From Chrysemys picta bellii (lineage: Eukaryota), in contig NC_088794.1 of assembly GCF_011386835.1 (NCBI RefSeq), positions 90,892,001 through 90,956,000 on the forward strand: a DNA stretch of 64,000 bases. Reading direction: 5' to 3'. This document shows positions 12,240-24,449 of this stretch, one piece after another; within the stretch, counting starts at the first letter, position 1; every line of letters starts with the position of its first letter. The position numbers were made by a program, and so were the translations under genes. The notes under the pieces are model-generated. The model searched no databases. It was not told the DNA's origin and saw only the letters and a list, made by a program, of their open reading frames with translations.

Positions 12240-12515
12240 GGACTTGTTTACATTGGGTGGGGGTGCGGCGGGAGGTGTTATGCTGGAATAGCCATTCCCC
12301 ATGAATTCCATGTGTGGATGCTCTGACCCTGGAATGAGAGCACCTCATTCCAAATTAGTTTAATCTACTATCAAAATGGAGTAAACTAATTTGGAATAAG
12401 GCAATCTTATTCCAGAATAAAAGCATCCACACATGGAATTAATTGGGAATAGTTAATCTACTTTAAATTCATATGCTACCTTATTCTGGGTTAATATTTA
12501 TGTACACACAAGCCC
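12240..12515. mobile_element. Palindromic Harbinger-type MITE
   Basis: Ends ggacttgtttaca / tgtacacacaagccc flanked by tca/tga; internal inverted arms attccatgtgtggatgct / agcatccacacatggaat. Confidence 0.65.
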
Positions 12516-13934
12516 TGAGTCCTGGTGTGCAGGTGGGGAACAGTGTAAGATGCCTTCCCCCATTCTGTGCCCTGTGAAATGGCCAGGGAAAATTCCAGTC
12601 CCTGAACTTGATGGAATGTAGGAACTGTTTCCTCCGTATGCCCCTGGGCCAGCTATGACTCCACCTGGCCAGTCACAGAGAAAAGAACAGGTTGCACCAT
12701 CCCAAGACTGTGGAACTGTCTACCACAAGAAATAAGAATGACCAAGGACCTCCCCACAAATAAAACTAGACACAAAAACATATCTTGGACTTAGCTTTCC
12801 CTCAACCTGCACCCATACAAAATGCACATGAACACACACAGAAACCAAGAGCTAGAAACTAGTCCAGGCATTTCTCCCAGAGGCTAGGAAGGAAGAAAGA
12901 GTGAGAGATTGTTATTTCTCTTCTTAAACACTTGAGACATTCAGATTCTATAGCCATTTAAGCACCTCGATAGATTTGCTGAAACACATGCAAAAAAGTG
13001 GGGCTAAAATGAGGGAACACAATCTGCTTCCTGCCACTATTCTCATTTGCAAAAGCATCACTACGGAGTTTGATCTGAACATAACCAGTCTGCTCCCTCC
13101 ACAGCTGCAAACCCCAAGAACCAAAGCCCACTCACCTTACTTCTACAAGTAGGCCCGTTGACTTCCACGGGACTACTCACAAGAGTAAATAAGCAGGACA
13201 TGGCGCTAGTACTGCACACATAGATGCGGTCCCTTATTAGAAATCACATTCCTCATGAGAGACCCACATTTACCTCTTCTGCCCCAGGCCACCACCACCA
13301 CCATCGCCGCCGCCATCTTGGTATGATTTCATTTTTGCTTACTGTAAATGATTTACGCAAAAAGGAAACCCATAAATCACAAATTATACAAAATGCTATT
13401 TTGGCTCTAAAATGCATCACATATTAGTTAAGGAGAGGGTGCAACCTCCATTATCCAACCATCAAATATCCAAAACAGAGCTATATCATCCAATGTCTAT
13501 TGAACTGAGAACGTCAGTTATCCAGAACCCCAATTATTTATAAGTGCGTACACTTCCCACCAAGGCACTTGGATAATTAACCCTTCACTGTAAATTTTGG
13601 GTGTTCCCCTCTTATTTTGGGTCTTTGTCCCAAATATTGAAGGAAAAAAAACCAAATAACTTGGCATAGATCAAAGTGTCAAAAATTCCATTCTCTCAAC
13701 AAATAATGCATCTGGCTACATTCTCAATGGCTTCAGTGGGAGTTTTGTTACAGTAGGGTGCTTAGGGTTGACCCAATAATAATACTTTAACTTCCATGCG
13801 AGGATCTCAATCTGTTCTACAAACATTAATGAATTAGAACCTGATCAAAAGCCCATTGAAGTCAATGGAGGTCTTTTTCAGTGGACTTTGGATCAGGCCC
13901 ATATTGCCTTTGTAACATATTTATGAGAACATTT

Positions 13935-14055
13935 ATCCTCCTTTCACAGATGGAAAACTGAGACACAGAGGTGAAGACCAAGTGATCTGTCTAAGGCAGA
14001 GCTGGGAACAGAATCTAGATCTCTTGACTCCTGGTCCCCTTCTCTAATCACAAGT
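13935..14055 (-). mobile_element. MIR/CORE-SINE fragment
   Basis: tcctttcacagatggaaaactgagacacagagg...gagctgggaacagaatctagatctcttgactcc. Confidence 0.65.
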
Positions 14056-14417
14056 GAATTTCAGAAGATAAGACTCTCCCTAAATTTATGTTTCCTATTG
14101 AGAAATAAGGTTAGTGAGAGAGTCTTCCCTCCTTTAAAATATTTCCAAGGCTCTCTTGGGTAGAGGTCCTCTATTATGCAACTAACTCAGATCAATAGCA
14201 ATAAAGGAGCTGTGATGATGCAGCATTAGAAACTATGTCAAGCAATAGAAATAATAAGTAGGATCTGCTCTCTGCAGTTACCAAAGGGAATCCCCTCCAG
14301 GCCCAGCGGTTTAGGCAACTTCTCCTATGTGTGTGGTGCTTAACAGGTTTGAGTTTTTAGTAATTAAACCCCATGAGGGCTCAGCGGCCTGCCCTCCATA
14401 CACACATAGCTGCCTAC

Positions 14418-14578
14418 CTGGTCCCCGATGCCTCTTCTCCATCCAGATGTAGCAGTTGTTCTGAGCTACCCCAGTCTGCGAATCCAGGAAGGGGAGGCGG
14501 ACGCTGCGCTCGGCGCACAGCCGAGAGTTGTAGCTGCGGCAGTGCTCGATGGCTTCTTTGTAGAACTGGTCTCCAAGT
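14418..14578 (-). CDS. DPF3: DPF3 coding exon 2, Requiem N-terminal domain
   Basis: Minus strand reads ctcttttcctcctggcag|ACTTGGAGAC...GGACCAG|gtaggc, 161 bp, phase 2/1. It translates [53 protein letters not shown] and splices in frame to the exon at 8816-8923. Confidence 0.98.
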
Positions 14579-14781
14579 CTGCCAGGAGGAAAAGAGCAGA
14601 GAGTAAGAGATTGCTTTGGTCTCCCTGAACAAGTAATGGAAAGAAGGGGACGTGGGGTTAATTAAAAATGGACAAGCGGAAATACTTTCACCAGACACAT
14701 TGTACGCATTAACCTGAGGCACTTACTGCCACAGGGTGTCACGGGCAGAGTAGTAAGAGTCATGAGAAGATTAGACACTGA

Positions 14782-15063
14782 GGGTATGTCTATACTGCAG
14801 CTGGGAGCAAGTGTCCCAGCCGAGGTAGACAGACCTGTGCTAACAGGACTCAAGCTATCATGCTAAAAATAGCAGCGTGGATGTTGCTGCACTGGCAGAG
14901 GCTCAGGCTAGCCACCCAAGCTCAGACTCACCTGATCAGGTGGCTAGCACCAGTGCAGCAACATCCACACTGCTATTATTAGCATGATAACTTGAGCCCT
15001 GTTAGTGCAGGCCTGTCTACCCAGGCTGAGATGCTCACTCCCAGCTGCAACGTAGACATACGT
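14782..15063. mobile_element. Palindromic PIF/Harbinger-type MITE
   Basis: TIR gggtatgtctatactgcagctgggag / ctcccagctgcaacgtagacatacgt with 3-bp flanks tga/tta; the whole element folds back around gactcacctgatcagg. Confidence 0.8.
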
Positions 15064-15070
15064 TTAAGGA

Positions 15071-15158
15071 GAACAGGAGGACTTGTGGCACCTTAGAGAC
15101 TAACAAATTTATTAGAGCATAAGCTTTCGTGGACTACAGCCCACTTCTTCGGATGCAT
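15071..15158 (-). mobile_element. 88-bp Penelope pLTR-derived insertion with 13-bp TSD
   Basis: TSD atacgtttaagga at 15058-15070 and 15159-15171. The sequence is homologous to one arm of the 3615 and 61443 elements. Confidence 0.9.
15117..15156 (-). ncRNA. Minimal hammerhead ribozyme motif (core CCGAAGA)
   Basis: Minus strand: GCAU-CCGAAGA-A-GUGGG(CUGUAG)UCCAC-GAA-AGCU-U-AUGC. Perfect 4-bp stem I, 5-bp stem II and palindromic AGCU stem III. Confidence 0.7.
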
Positions 15159-15194
15159 ATACGTTTAAGGATAAAGCAATCGTCAGTCAGGGAA

Positions 15195-15262
15195 ACAGAC
15201 GGCTCTGGGTAATGGGAGGTAAAGATTTTCACTTCTAGTGTGCCGGTTCGAATCCAGCTCAC
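15195..15262 (+). mobile_element. LF-SINE-like tRNA head remnant
   Basis: ggtaatgggaggtaaagattttcacttctagtgtgccggttcgaatccagc contains the B-box GGTTCGAATCC. Confidence 0.5.
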
Positions 15263-15808
15263 AAAATGAGCCCATAGTTTTGTTCCGTATCGGAGGGCAA
15301 CTTCCGCAGTATGTTCGAACAACTGAAAAGCTGCTTTAAAGAGGGCCAGTTTAAAAGAACTCCACTTCAAAACCTGCAGACACACACCGCTGCTCCAAGG
15401 CTGGTCCTGCAGGTGAGATGCAGGCTCTGCCTGCTTATGGGTATGTGTCCCCTGAGCTAGCAATAGGGACTTATCTGTGCTCCTAGGTAGAATAATCAGG
15501 GAGAGTGGAGAGCTAAGCACAGCTGCACGTTAAGGGTTTGGCTTGATATATAACGTGTTAGCCCATAGTTTGTAAAGTGCTTGTGGTCCTTTAGATGACT
15601 GGCACTACAGAAATGAAACATACCAGTATGTGCAACGTGGCACAAGGTGACCACTGCAAGGGACAGGAAGAAATCTAACCCTTGCTCCTTTACAGCTTTC
15701 CACAGCTGGCTTAGGGCATTGACCAGGCAGTAGGATACTAGATTTACCAGCATGACAAATCTTTTGTTCTTGAGTTTACAAAGGTGAGATGATATTTAGC
15801 GAGCTATC

Positions 15809-15995
15809 GGGGGAGGGATAGCTCAGTGGTTTGAGCATTGGCCTGCTAAACCCAGGGTTGTGAGATCAATCCTTGAGGGGGCCACTTAGGGATCTGGGGC
15901 AAAATCAGTACTTGGTCCTGCTAGTGAAGGCAGGGGGCTGGACTTGATGACCTTTCAAGGTCCCTTCCAGTTCTAGGAGATAGGATATCTCCATT
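15809..15995 (+). mobile_element. Tortoise-type PolIII SINE (tRNA-Lys head, CR1-derived tail)
   Basis: ggggagggatagctcagtggtttgagcattggcctgctaaacccagggttgtgag...gacctttcaaggtcccttccagttctaggagataggatatctcc. Confidence 0.92.
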
Positions 15996-18215
15996 ATCAT
16001 ATCATTTATTTGATAAATAGCCATTTGTTCCAAACTTCGTGAACCCTTCGGCTTCTATAGAGAATGGTAAAAAAACAAAAACAAACACAAACTGCACACC
16101 AGAGAGAGCCCGAAATTTCCTAGTTAGCTTCTTTAATAGTGAGAAAGGCATACTTTCAACAATGTAGGGCCAAATTCTCCAGTATGTTGTGCCACTTTGA
16201 TGACACAGATTGGCCATCGAGCTGGAGTGTCACAAAGCTGCCACTGCATACCCCTGGAGCTGGCCCTCATCCTATTGGGTGAAATTCAGCAATGGGCACA
16301 AGTTGATCAGAAAATAGGTATAAGTGGTAAAGTAGTATAACTTGCACTGAATTTGGCATTCATTAGTCTGCAACAAGAGAGAAAATTGCATGCCAAGGGA
16401 GCAAAAGTGGAGGAGGGAGGGAAAAGCAGCCAATAAAAAGGTGTCAGATATAAGGGTTGCACATAACAGCTGATATAGCCTCAAGCTGCAACAGCTTTTC
16501 AGAGGACTGTCCAATTGTTTCTTGCAGCAGACAACACACATGGTGTATCTAGCCCCTCTCAGCCCCATCTTCCCCCTCTGTCCACTGGCCCCAGAACCAA
16601 TACAGGCCTGGCTCCTTGCATGCAATGCTGAAGAGGATGGGAGAGGACAGTAATGTGGATGTACAGTCCATGCAGATAGAGTTCTGCATACAGCAGGATC
16701 TTCTCTGCACTCAGATCCCAGGGAGACAATACCAGGCCCCTGCTTCCAGGGAGGGGAAAAAGCTGCACATACTGTATGAGATTGACTGAGTAGAAATGAA
16801 AACTTATTAAAAGCTATAATTAAAGCTGGCTTTCACATACACTTGTGTAATCAAAGTCAGTAACAAGGAAACTCAGATTGATCAAAGATTAACAGTTCTC
16901 ACAAACACTTTGAGTATCAGCCATGCGAAGTCAAATTCTTTCCTATGTTAAACCAGGGATGTTCAGACATACTGAGGTCTTTATAGAACAAAGAGTAGAA
17001 ACTGGATGAAAACAAACTGTCACCCAATGCACAGGTTCTTTGTGTACTAAGAATCACACACACACCACCCCCAACGAAATATGAGCACGACCGGCATACT
17101 GTATTAACAAAAACTCAACAGAATAAACTACAGCAACCAGGATAGGAGTCATAGCTGGAGACTAATTCAGTTTCCATCGTGCTGTAAACTGAAAATAACT
17201 GTAAATCTTTGACTGTTAAATATTTGGCTTAAAGTGACACTGTCAAGTATGGTTTAAGCCTAAAATTTAGGTTTTCCTACAAGGGGAAGAAAGGTTTTCC
17301 AAAACTTAAATGTGTTTGATGATCAGTAGAAGCTGACAGTCTAGTAGATCAAATTCATCCTCCATGTAACTCCAGTGAGAGTTATGTTTGGCTGGAGACT
17401 AGATATTTCATACCAACTGTAATTATTTTTAAATTAGAGCTTTTCTTCTTCTATAAAAAATGTTAATTAGTTAATTGAGATGTGGATGCAAGGTTCTGGT
17501 TTGGACCCAATCACCTCTGAACTTTAGGGAAGTTTGGATCCAGATTCAAACTTCACAGTTGACTCTTTTATGATGAGCAGAATCTAAAATCCCCAAATCC
17601 AAAAAACTCAAACTTTGGAGAAGTGGGGGATCTACAGTGGTGGTCTGAGGGTTGGGCCAAGCTCTGGTTCTGAAGGCTGAAACCATGGAGAATAATTGAC
17701 ATTAAAAAGCAAAGCAACATTTTATTACATCAGTTACATCTTAATGGAAAACTTTGTTATTTTGTTTGTTTTAACATGAACTTCCCTGGAATCACAATAC
17801 GAGTAATATTATTAGTATTAAAGGCGTCAAAGGAGGTCAAGAGCCTATTGTGCTGGGCATTGTACATACACATAAGAGAAAGACAGCCTGCCCCAAAGAA
17901 CTTACAGTCTAAATAGATAGGACAGATAAAGGGTGGGAAGGGAAACAGGGAACTGAAGTGACTTAAGCAAAACTTAATGGCCCAATCTATTTTTACTGAC
18001 CAAGTTCAACGAAGAGTAAAAAGTAAACAAATCACATTAATAGTGAAAAGTAAATTACATTTTAAAAATTCTTTCAGGTTCAATCATTTAGTGTAATTAG
18101 CAACACAGGTTAGGAAAACCATTCATAAAATATGTAAGACCTGCTTATCATCTCTCTAAACACTGATGTTATGCTAATACAATTACCCTGACTTCAGGGG
18201 AATGTCACTGGCATA

Positions 18216-18580
18216 CAGGGCTGGCTCCAGGCACCAGCCCACCAAGCTTGTGCTTCGAGCGGCACCTAAAGGGGGGCGGCGCAGCGCTCCGGCCGCCGGG
18301 GAGAGCGGAGCACCGGCCAGTTCGCCGCCCTCCCCCCAGCGCTCTGGCCGCCAGGGAGAGCGGAGCCGCGGCGGGCTCTCTGGCCGCCGGGGAGAGCGGA
18401 GCCGCGACAGGCTCTCCGCCCTCCTCCCGGCGCTCTGGCTGCCGGGGAAAGCGGAGCTGCGGCGGGCTCGCCACCCTCCCCCCGGCACTCCAGCCGGTCC
18501 GGGAGAGCGGAGCCGCACGGGGTTGGGGGCGGCGGGAGGCTTTTTTGCCTTGGGCGGCAAAAAAGCCAGAGCCGGCCCTG
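18216..18580. mobile_element. hAT MITE, CAGGGCCGGCTCCAGG family (copy 2) with internal tandem repeats
   Basis: TIR cagggctggctc / gagccggccctg; TSD ctggcata / cgggcata (1 mismatch); five ccggggagagcggagc units. Confidence 0.85.
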
Positions 18581-19559
18581 CGGGCATAACACCCAGGTAA
18601 CAGGGTGACGAATCAGGCCCCATGATTTCTGTTAAGTCTATGTCCTTTTAAATGTTGAGAAATTAAGATTTTCTACTCATCAGTAACAGCCTGATCTAAC
18701 CCCGAGCAAAGTCAATGGATAATAATCCTTCCCTTCTTGCAACCTTTGTCTTGTCTATTTAGACTGTAAACCCTTCAAGGCAGAGATAGTCACATACTAT
18801 TTGTCTGTACAGTACCTAGCACTACTTTAATACAAGAGTTAGATTGGGCCCTAGGTCACTATTAAAGACAGTGATCCTATGTTACACCTTAGCTACTTTA
18901 TATCCCTTCACATCCTTCAGGATTCCTCTTGAATACAGGAAAGCCCAGGCCGGCATAGAGCCAATGTAGCAGCTCTGTGCCACTCCCTTCCATCCTGCCC
19001 TGGTACAGGGTACATTGCCAGAGGGTGAGCGCATGCTACCGATCTCTAGCTGCTAGAGAAGCTCAAAGCTAAGCATAATTTAGAGCATTCTTTAGCACCT
19101 GTCACATCTCAGATTAGAAACCAAGGGATGAAATACTCATTAAAAACAAATAGCCAGCCAACCCCAGAAGAGATCACACTCACTTATCACCCCCAGAAAT
19201 TTTATGCCATTAAAATACAGCTTCTAGATGCTTACCAGACCCTGGGTACCTCCACCTTCAAACTTGGATTGGATCCAGTCCCACAGAGGTCAGATCCTTC
19301 TCTTCTGTAGTATCGTTTCCCTCTATGGCAGTGCTCATTACAAACAATGGAGGTGTTAAGATGAAAATAAAAGGAGAGAGAAACAAGCAGCCTTTTCTCT
19401 CTGGAGGTTTGCTAGTGTCCCTAGCTGTGCTGAAGTGCAGAGAATTCACTATCCTTCCCAAGAGCAACAGAATGCCCACTGAGATTTTATTTTCTATACT
19501 TTTTGGCTCTACTCTTATTTTAAGTGTCATTGCACGGGATGAGGAGTGCAATTAGAAAA

Positions 19560-20510
19560 TACGTAAACCTGAAACTGCTCAAGAAACCAATACTTGACGC
19601 TAGTGACCTGACTAACTACCATCCCATTTCAAACCTTGGCAAGATTCAAGAAAATAATGATAAATCAACTCCAGCAACACAACCTCAGCAGAAAATGTGG
19701 ACTCTCCCAGCCTGACTTCCTAGCAGAGTCTGGTAATGAAGCAGCAATGGGGTTTCGGGGCTCCTCATGGAGTTGGACTGAGGTGACTCAATCAAGCTGA
19801 TACTACTCAATCTATCAGCTGCCTTTGACACTGCTGATCATGAGGTACTGCTGACTCAACTACTTGTCTTGGCATGTCATGAGAGAATTGTGCTATGCTG
19901 GCTACACTCATTCCTTTCCAACAGATCCCCAAAGACCCATGATGGACAGCTGCTCCTCCTCTAAGAGCTCTGACATGCAGAGTGCCTCAGAGCTCAGTCC
20001 TGTCACCACTTCTATTTAACAACATCTAGGCAGAACCTTAGGGGATATTGTGAGATGACATGGGCTATAATATCAGCAATACATTGACACACTGCCGTAT
20101 GTACCCTTCTCAATTAACCCAGGGAGCAGGCTCCCAGATATCTCAGTGTGGGAAGGAGGGTGCAAAGGAGGAAAAAGAAGCTGGCCCAACTGGAATCCAG
20201 GCAAGAATGAAGTGAAGCTGTCTGGAAGCAAGAAATGTTCTGAGGAACTGAGGAGTTAAGATAGTCCATTAGGACTCCAAGGACTTGCACCATCACTGAC
20301 ATGGACAATCAAATAGAAGCAGTCACCAAAAGTGCCTTTCCCCATCTCCAACTAGCAAGAAGACTCCATTCTATTCCTCCCAAAAGATGGTCTGATCACA
20401 GTCATTTATGTTCATCACCTCCAGCTGGACTATTGTGACTCACTCTACCCAGGCCTAGGTAAGTTCACAAAGGAAAAAAAGCTAGTACACAACGTGGCAG
20501 TTTACCCTCA
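19560..20510 (+). mobile_element. L2 (CR1-group) LINE reverse transcriptase remnant
   Basis: Fragmented motifs LLKKPILDASDLTNYHPISNLGKI, LLNLSAAFDTADHEVLL, VPQSSVLSPLLFN and ITSSWTIV/LDYC-like, with many frameshifts. Confidence 0.8.
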
Positions 20511-22759
20511 GATTCTGCTGTGGGATTTTGGGGTATCTATCACACTTGGTCCAGAATCAACAAAGACAGTTTGTTTGGTTTTTGTCTAATCTATCTGACC
20601 AACCTATCAGCATTTCTAATGGGCCTGTCATCATCGTATTTAGGTATTGCATATGGATTATAAAATCCATTGAGAACAGCCCAGAGGAGCACTCAGTCTT
20701 TGTTTAATTATAGTCTGATACCCTTATGTACACTATTAAGATTTTTTTCTGTCAGGTTCTTTGGGAGATGCTATGGCACAGAGGTGAGGGCACCACACAA
20801 GATCCTCAAATGATGTACAAGGGTTTGAATATGAGTGAAGGCAAGGCAGACATTTCCAGAAAGGCCATGGAATGATCTGGTCTGTTTGCAAAATATGTTC
20901 TTTTGGTTTTTAAATATGAACCTGGCTTCTTTCATGCTGCCTCACACATATGCCTCCCAGCCTCTCCTGCTTTCTGAGGCTCAGAGTCCATCAAACATCC
21001 ATCCCACTTCTATACCAGCTGATTGGCTTTGTTTTGCTCGGTGGGAGAAGGGCAATCTTATGCAACTTTCCACAGCATCGGAGTCAGATCTCTATTTTTA
21101 ATCCAGCCATGATTTCTGAAGACATTTGCAACCTGCTGTTTGGATGCTGTAGGGTCTGGTAGGAAAACAGACAGGAAAAGAAAAAGAAAAAAAGACATTC
21201 CCTACATACTGTTTCAGTGGATAGCACATGTATATTTTAGTCTATATATCAGATTGCAAAGCAGTATAGAGATGTAGGAAAAATAATAAATGTGTGTTGT
21301 AGAAATGCCTGAAGGTCTCATCAGGGTCAGGGCCCCATTGTGCCAGGTTCTGTACATTGTGCCTGGCAAAGGAGATTGGGAGGAAGGAAGGCATCAGAAA
21401 GTTGATTACAGGTTACTGATTCAGTGCCAGCCCAGCCCATGTATTAGAGCAGCCAGGGAGCTACTATAATTTACACCATTGGCATAAGAACCTAAGGAAC
21501 CTTATGCCAGTGGAAGATCAGTGTAACGTGCACCCATCCCCAGCATCCCCTCTATATGTTTTTGCCAGGGGACATCTCTCCTTGTGAAGGGGAACTCTGC
21601 TGGCCATTAATGGAGAGAATCCAGCCCTTCAGTGCTGCCTGAGTGGTGCTAGAGGGCTGGATCCTACCAGAGAATCTGGCCCCACAGATTAAGCACACTA
21701 GTGTCATTGTTCTGAATTTTTATTTATTTATTTATTTTTACATTCACAGGTTATATTTTAATCCAGTTTGAAATTTCAGCTGTCTCATGTAAATAAACTG
21801 GCTGCAGAAGGATAGTTACAAATGGAGGCATAGCAAGAAATGCAGTATGTGAAGCAGATTTGTTTAGTCCCACCACTCCTGTCAGGAAGGCATGTGTGTC
21901 CCGGCAGCATCTCCATTCAGAAAAAAAAAGGAACATCAGGCTATGATGCAAGCTCATGCTTCTGGGATGAACACAGTACCTTATTCAGCACCAAAGCATT
22001 AACATTCAAGTTCGTTAGCTAGACACTGCTGTTTCCTACATGTGAGGTAATGACTTTCAGGGGTCAGGTGAGTTAGTTCAGAAGGTGAATTTCTCTGCAA
22101 TTTTCAGGGACACTGGGCTTTGAACAGCAGTAATTTATTCACATTGCCCCTTCCTCCCTCCATCCATTCCCACTGGGAGTCAGGATAGGTGGTAGTCTCC
22201 ACACCACAAAACAGGGTACCTGTACAGCTCTATTAGACTCAGCATAGTGATCGATTAGGTTAAGCTCAGAGGCAGGTTCCTTGAAAGTATCTCGGAGTAT
22301 CTACTCTCTCTCAGGCCACAGATCCTGTTTTAAAGAGGTGCTGTATCATCCAATTAAACTAACAGGTGGACAAGATAATAACCTAGACCCCTTTTGTAGA
22401 TGAAGACAGCAACCAGAATTCAGATTGATGCTAATCTCCTCAGAAGGTCCTGTGCTCTCTCTTAAATTGCTAAAGATGTGAACTAGTGAAACCTTAAGCA
22501 CCAAAAAAGGATGATCAGTGACTGGCATCCAAGAGATTTTTTTTAGAAAGGGGGACTTAACATTTCAAGCAGCAGGGGTTTGGGAGCATAAGAAATCTCC
22601 TTAACTCTGATGAACTTAATCTGATCACAAGGGCCAGCTTCAGTAAAAAGCAAAGTCTTTCCATCCAACTCTCACAGTCTAGAATTCCCATACTGGGCTT
22701 GTCTTTTCCATCTGGACAGCCTGGAATGGTAGGAATTTGGACCAGTAAGAAGTGTGGTC

Positions 22760-22960
22760 TGCTGATCTGACCTGTCTGGAAGGCAGCAGACTTGAGTTCT
22801 AATTCTGGCTTTGACACAGACTCCCTCAGAGGCTTGGGCATGGCAGTTAATCTCTCTTTGTCTCAGTTCCCCTATCTGCAATGCGGGGGCAATACTACTG
22901 GCCTGCCTCGGTGGTGTGGATTACTTTAGTGATGATTGTAAGCCCTTTTCGAAGATACAA
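22760..22960 (+). mobile_element. MIR/CORE-SINE
   Basis: agacttgagttctaattctggctttgacacagactcc...cttgggcatggcagttaatctctctttgtctcagttcccctatctgcaatg. Confidence 0.7.
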
Positions 22961-24449
22961 GCTGTGATTCACTGTGAGTGAAAATTATTGGCCTGTGATA
23001 TACAGGAGATCAGCCTAGACTCTTGGTTTTAAACTCTATGACAGTTATTTACATGGTTGTAAAATGTCACTCAGTCAGAATGGTAGAACTTTGCACAGGT
23101 GTAAATAACTCTGCTGGTTGCAAAGCAGTGCAGATTTTTCTGTTGGGCTTCCCCATCATACAAAATTGTAATTATGCTAAAATTTCAGGTGCTTCCCCCA
23201 GCACAAGACTTTGAATGAATAGGGTCAAAGGACCTGATTTTCCACTGTGTTTCCCCTTTTGTAGTCATTTTGAAACAATTCTTATACAGTACAGTTTTAT
23301 ACCCATTTTGCGCAGGTGAAAGTGATCGCACAAGAAGCAAGGCAATGGAGTGTCAGGCCAATACCGTACAACCAACACCAAGTGTGGGAGCAACTAGTGG
23401 TTTGTAACCCGAGCCATTCTGTCTCCCCACTAACTACTTTGCAATGAAAACACCAGCAACACAATGTGATCCTTGCAATCAAATAATATATTATATAGAT
23501 ACAGAATAAATCCACAGAAATTTAATAATTAGAATTTACTTTGCATTTGAGGTTAGCCTTGGAAAAGGCAAAACATTCAACCACAAACAAAAAATATTTT
23601 AAAAACAGTCCACTAATTCTGAATAGATATAATTTGCAGTTTCATTGCCATGGTACAGCATAATTAGTACAATAAACATACATAAGGAAACAACAAAACC
23701 TATTCCATTCAGCTATTATTACCACAACAACAAATACTTGTGGTTGATAATTAAATTTTCTGCTCTCTCAAAATCATACTTAGCTTCAATAATAAAGGTT
23801 TTGCCTCTTTTATTTATTAAATCTTTTTATCACAAAGGGACAACTCTGTTACTGATGTAACTCAAAAGACTTGAGTGAATTACAACAGAGATGCATTTGA
23901 CTTGTACTAAACCTAACAGTGAAATAAGGCAGAAGAACATTGTGAGGGGGATTTGGAATCAAATTTCCCTCTCTCCACCAACAGTGATTTTATCTACCGC
24001 AGAAGTCCAGCAGAGTGTGTGTATTCCCCTACCACAGCATTCTACTCTGTTCCATCAAAGAAAATCATAGATATTAGAGATGGAAGAGACATACTGGGTC
24101 ACCTCATGCTGGTACAGGACTGTTCCCTACAGGAAGAGAAATGAGGTGTATTAAAAGTGCACTCTGGAGAATTCAGAATTCTAGTATAGGATCTTCTGCT
24201 CATGGGGTGCACGCTGGATTTGAACCCAGAGCACATTCCAGGTGGGCACATGTGTCTTTTACACATATACAATCATTAAATTCTGAGGTTCTCTAAGCAC
24301 ACTAAAAGCACCTGTTTACATATGTCGCTAAATATATGTAATGCATTCAATGGGAGCTGGCTGGCACAAGTGAAGAAGGAATACACACATACACTACACT
24401 GAGAACCCTTACACTAATTAAAGTCCACAAAAATTCAATTTATGTAGAT

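Noticed and set aside
13860-13900. Numerous 50-150 bp hairpins ending in gggcc/gatc motifs (e.g. 9030-9112, 13860-13900, 29878-30028, 33028-33365)
   Set aside because: They look like ubiquitous old turtle palindromic mini-repeats, with nothing locus-specific and no resolvable TSDs.
14373-14722. Track ORFs of 66-102 aa around 14.4-14.7 kb
   Set aside because: These are wrong frames. The real coding sequence is the spliced DPF3 exon 14418-14578, which has no ATG of its own.
15809-15880. tRNA-Lys-like sequences (also 33160-33230, 38771-38840, 59715-59784) as tRNA genes
   Set aside because: They continue directly into a SINE body and CR1-derived tail, so they are SINE heads.
18290-18520. Repeat array as a possible CRISPR
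   Set aside because: Units are degenerate, spacers are not unique, there are no cas genes, and the context is a eukaryotic MITE.
18183-18623. 146-aa and 132-aa ORFs; also the 179-aa ORF at 26918-27457 and 170-aa ORF at 34297-34809
   Set aside because: All lie within GC-rich non-autonomous MITEs and are compositional artefacts.
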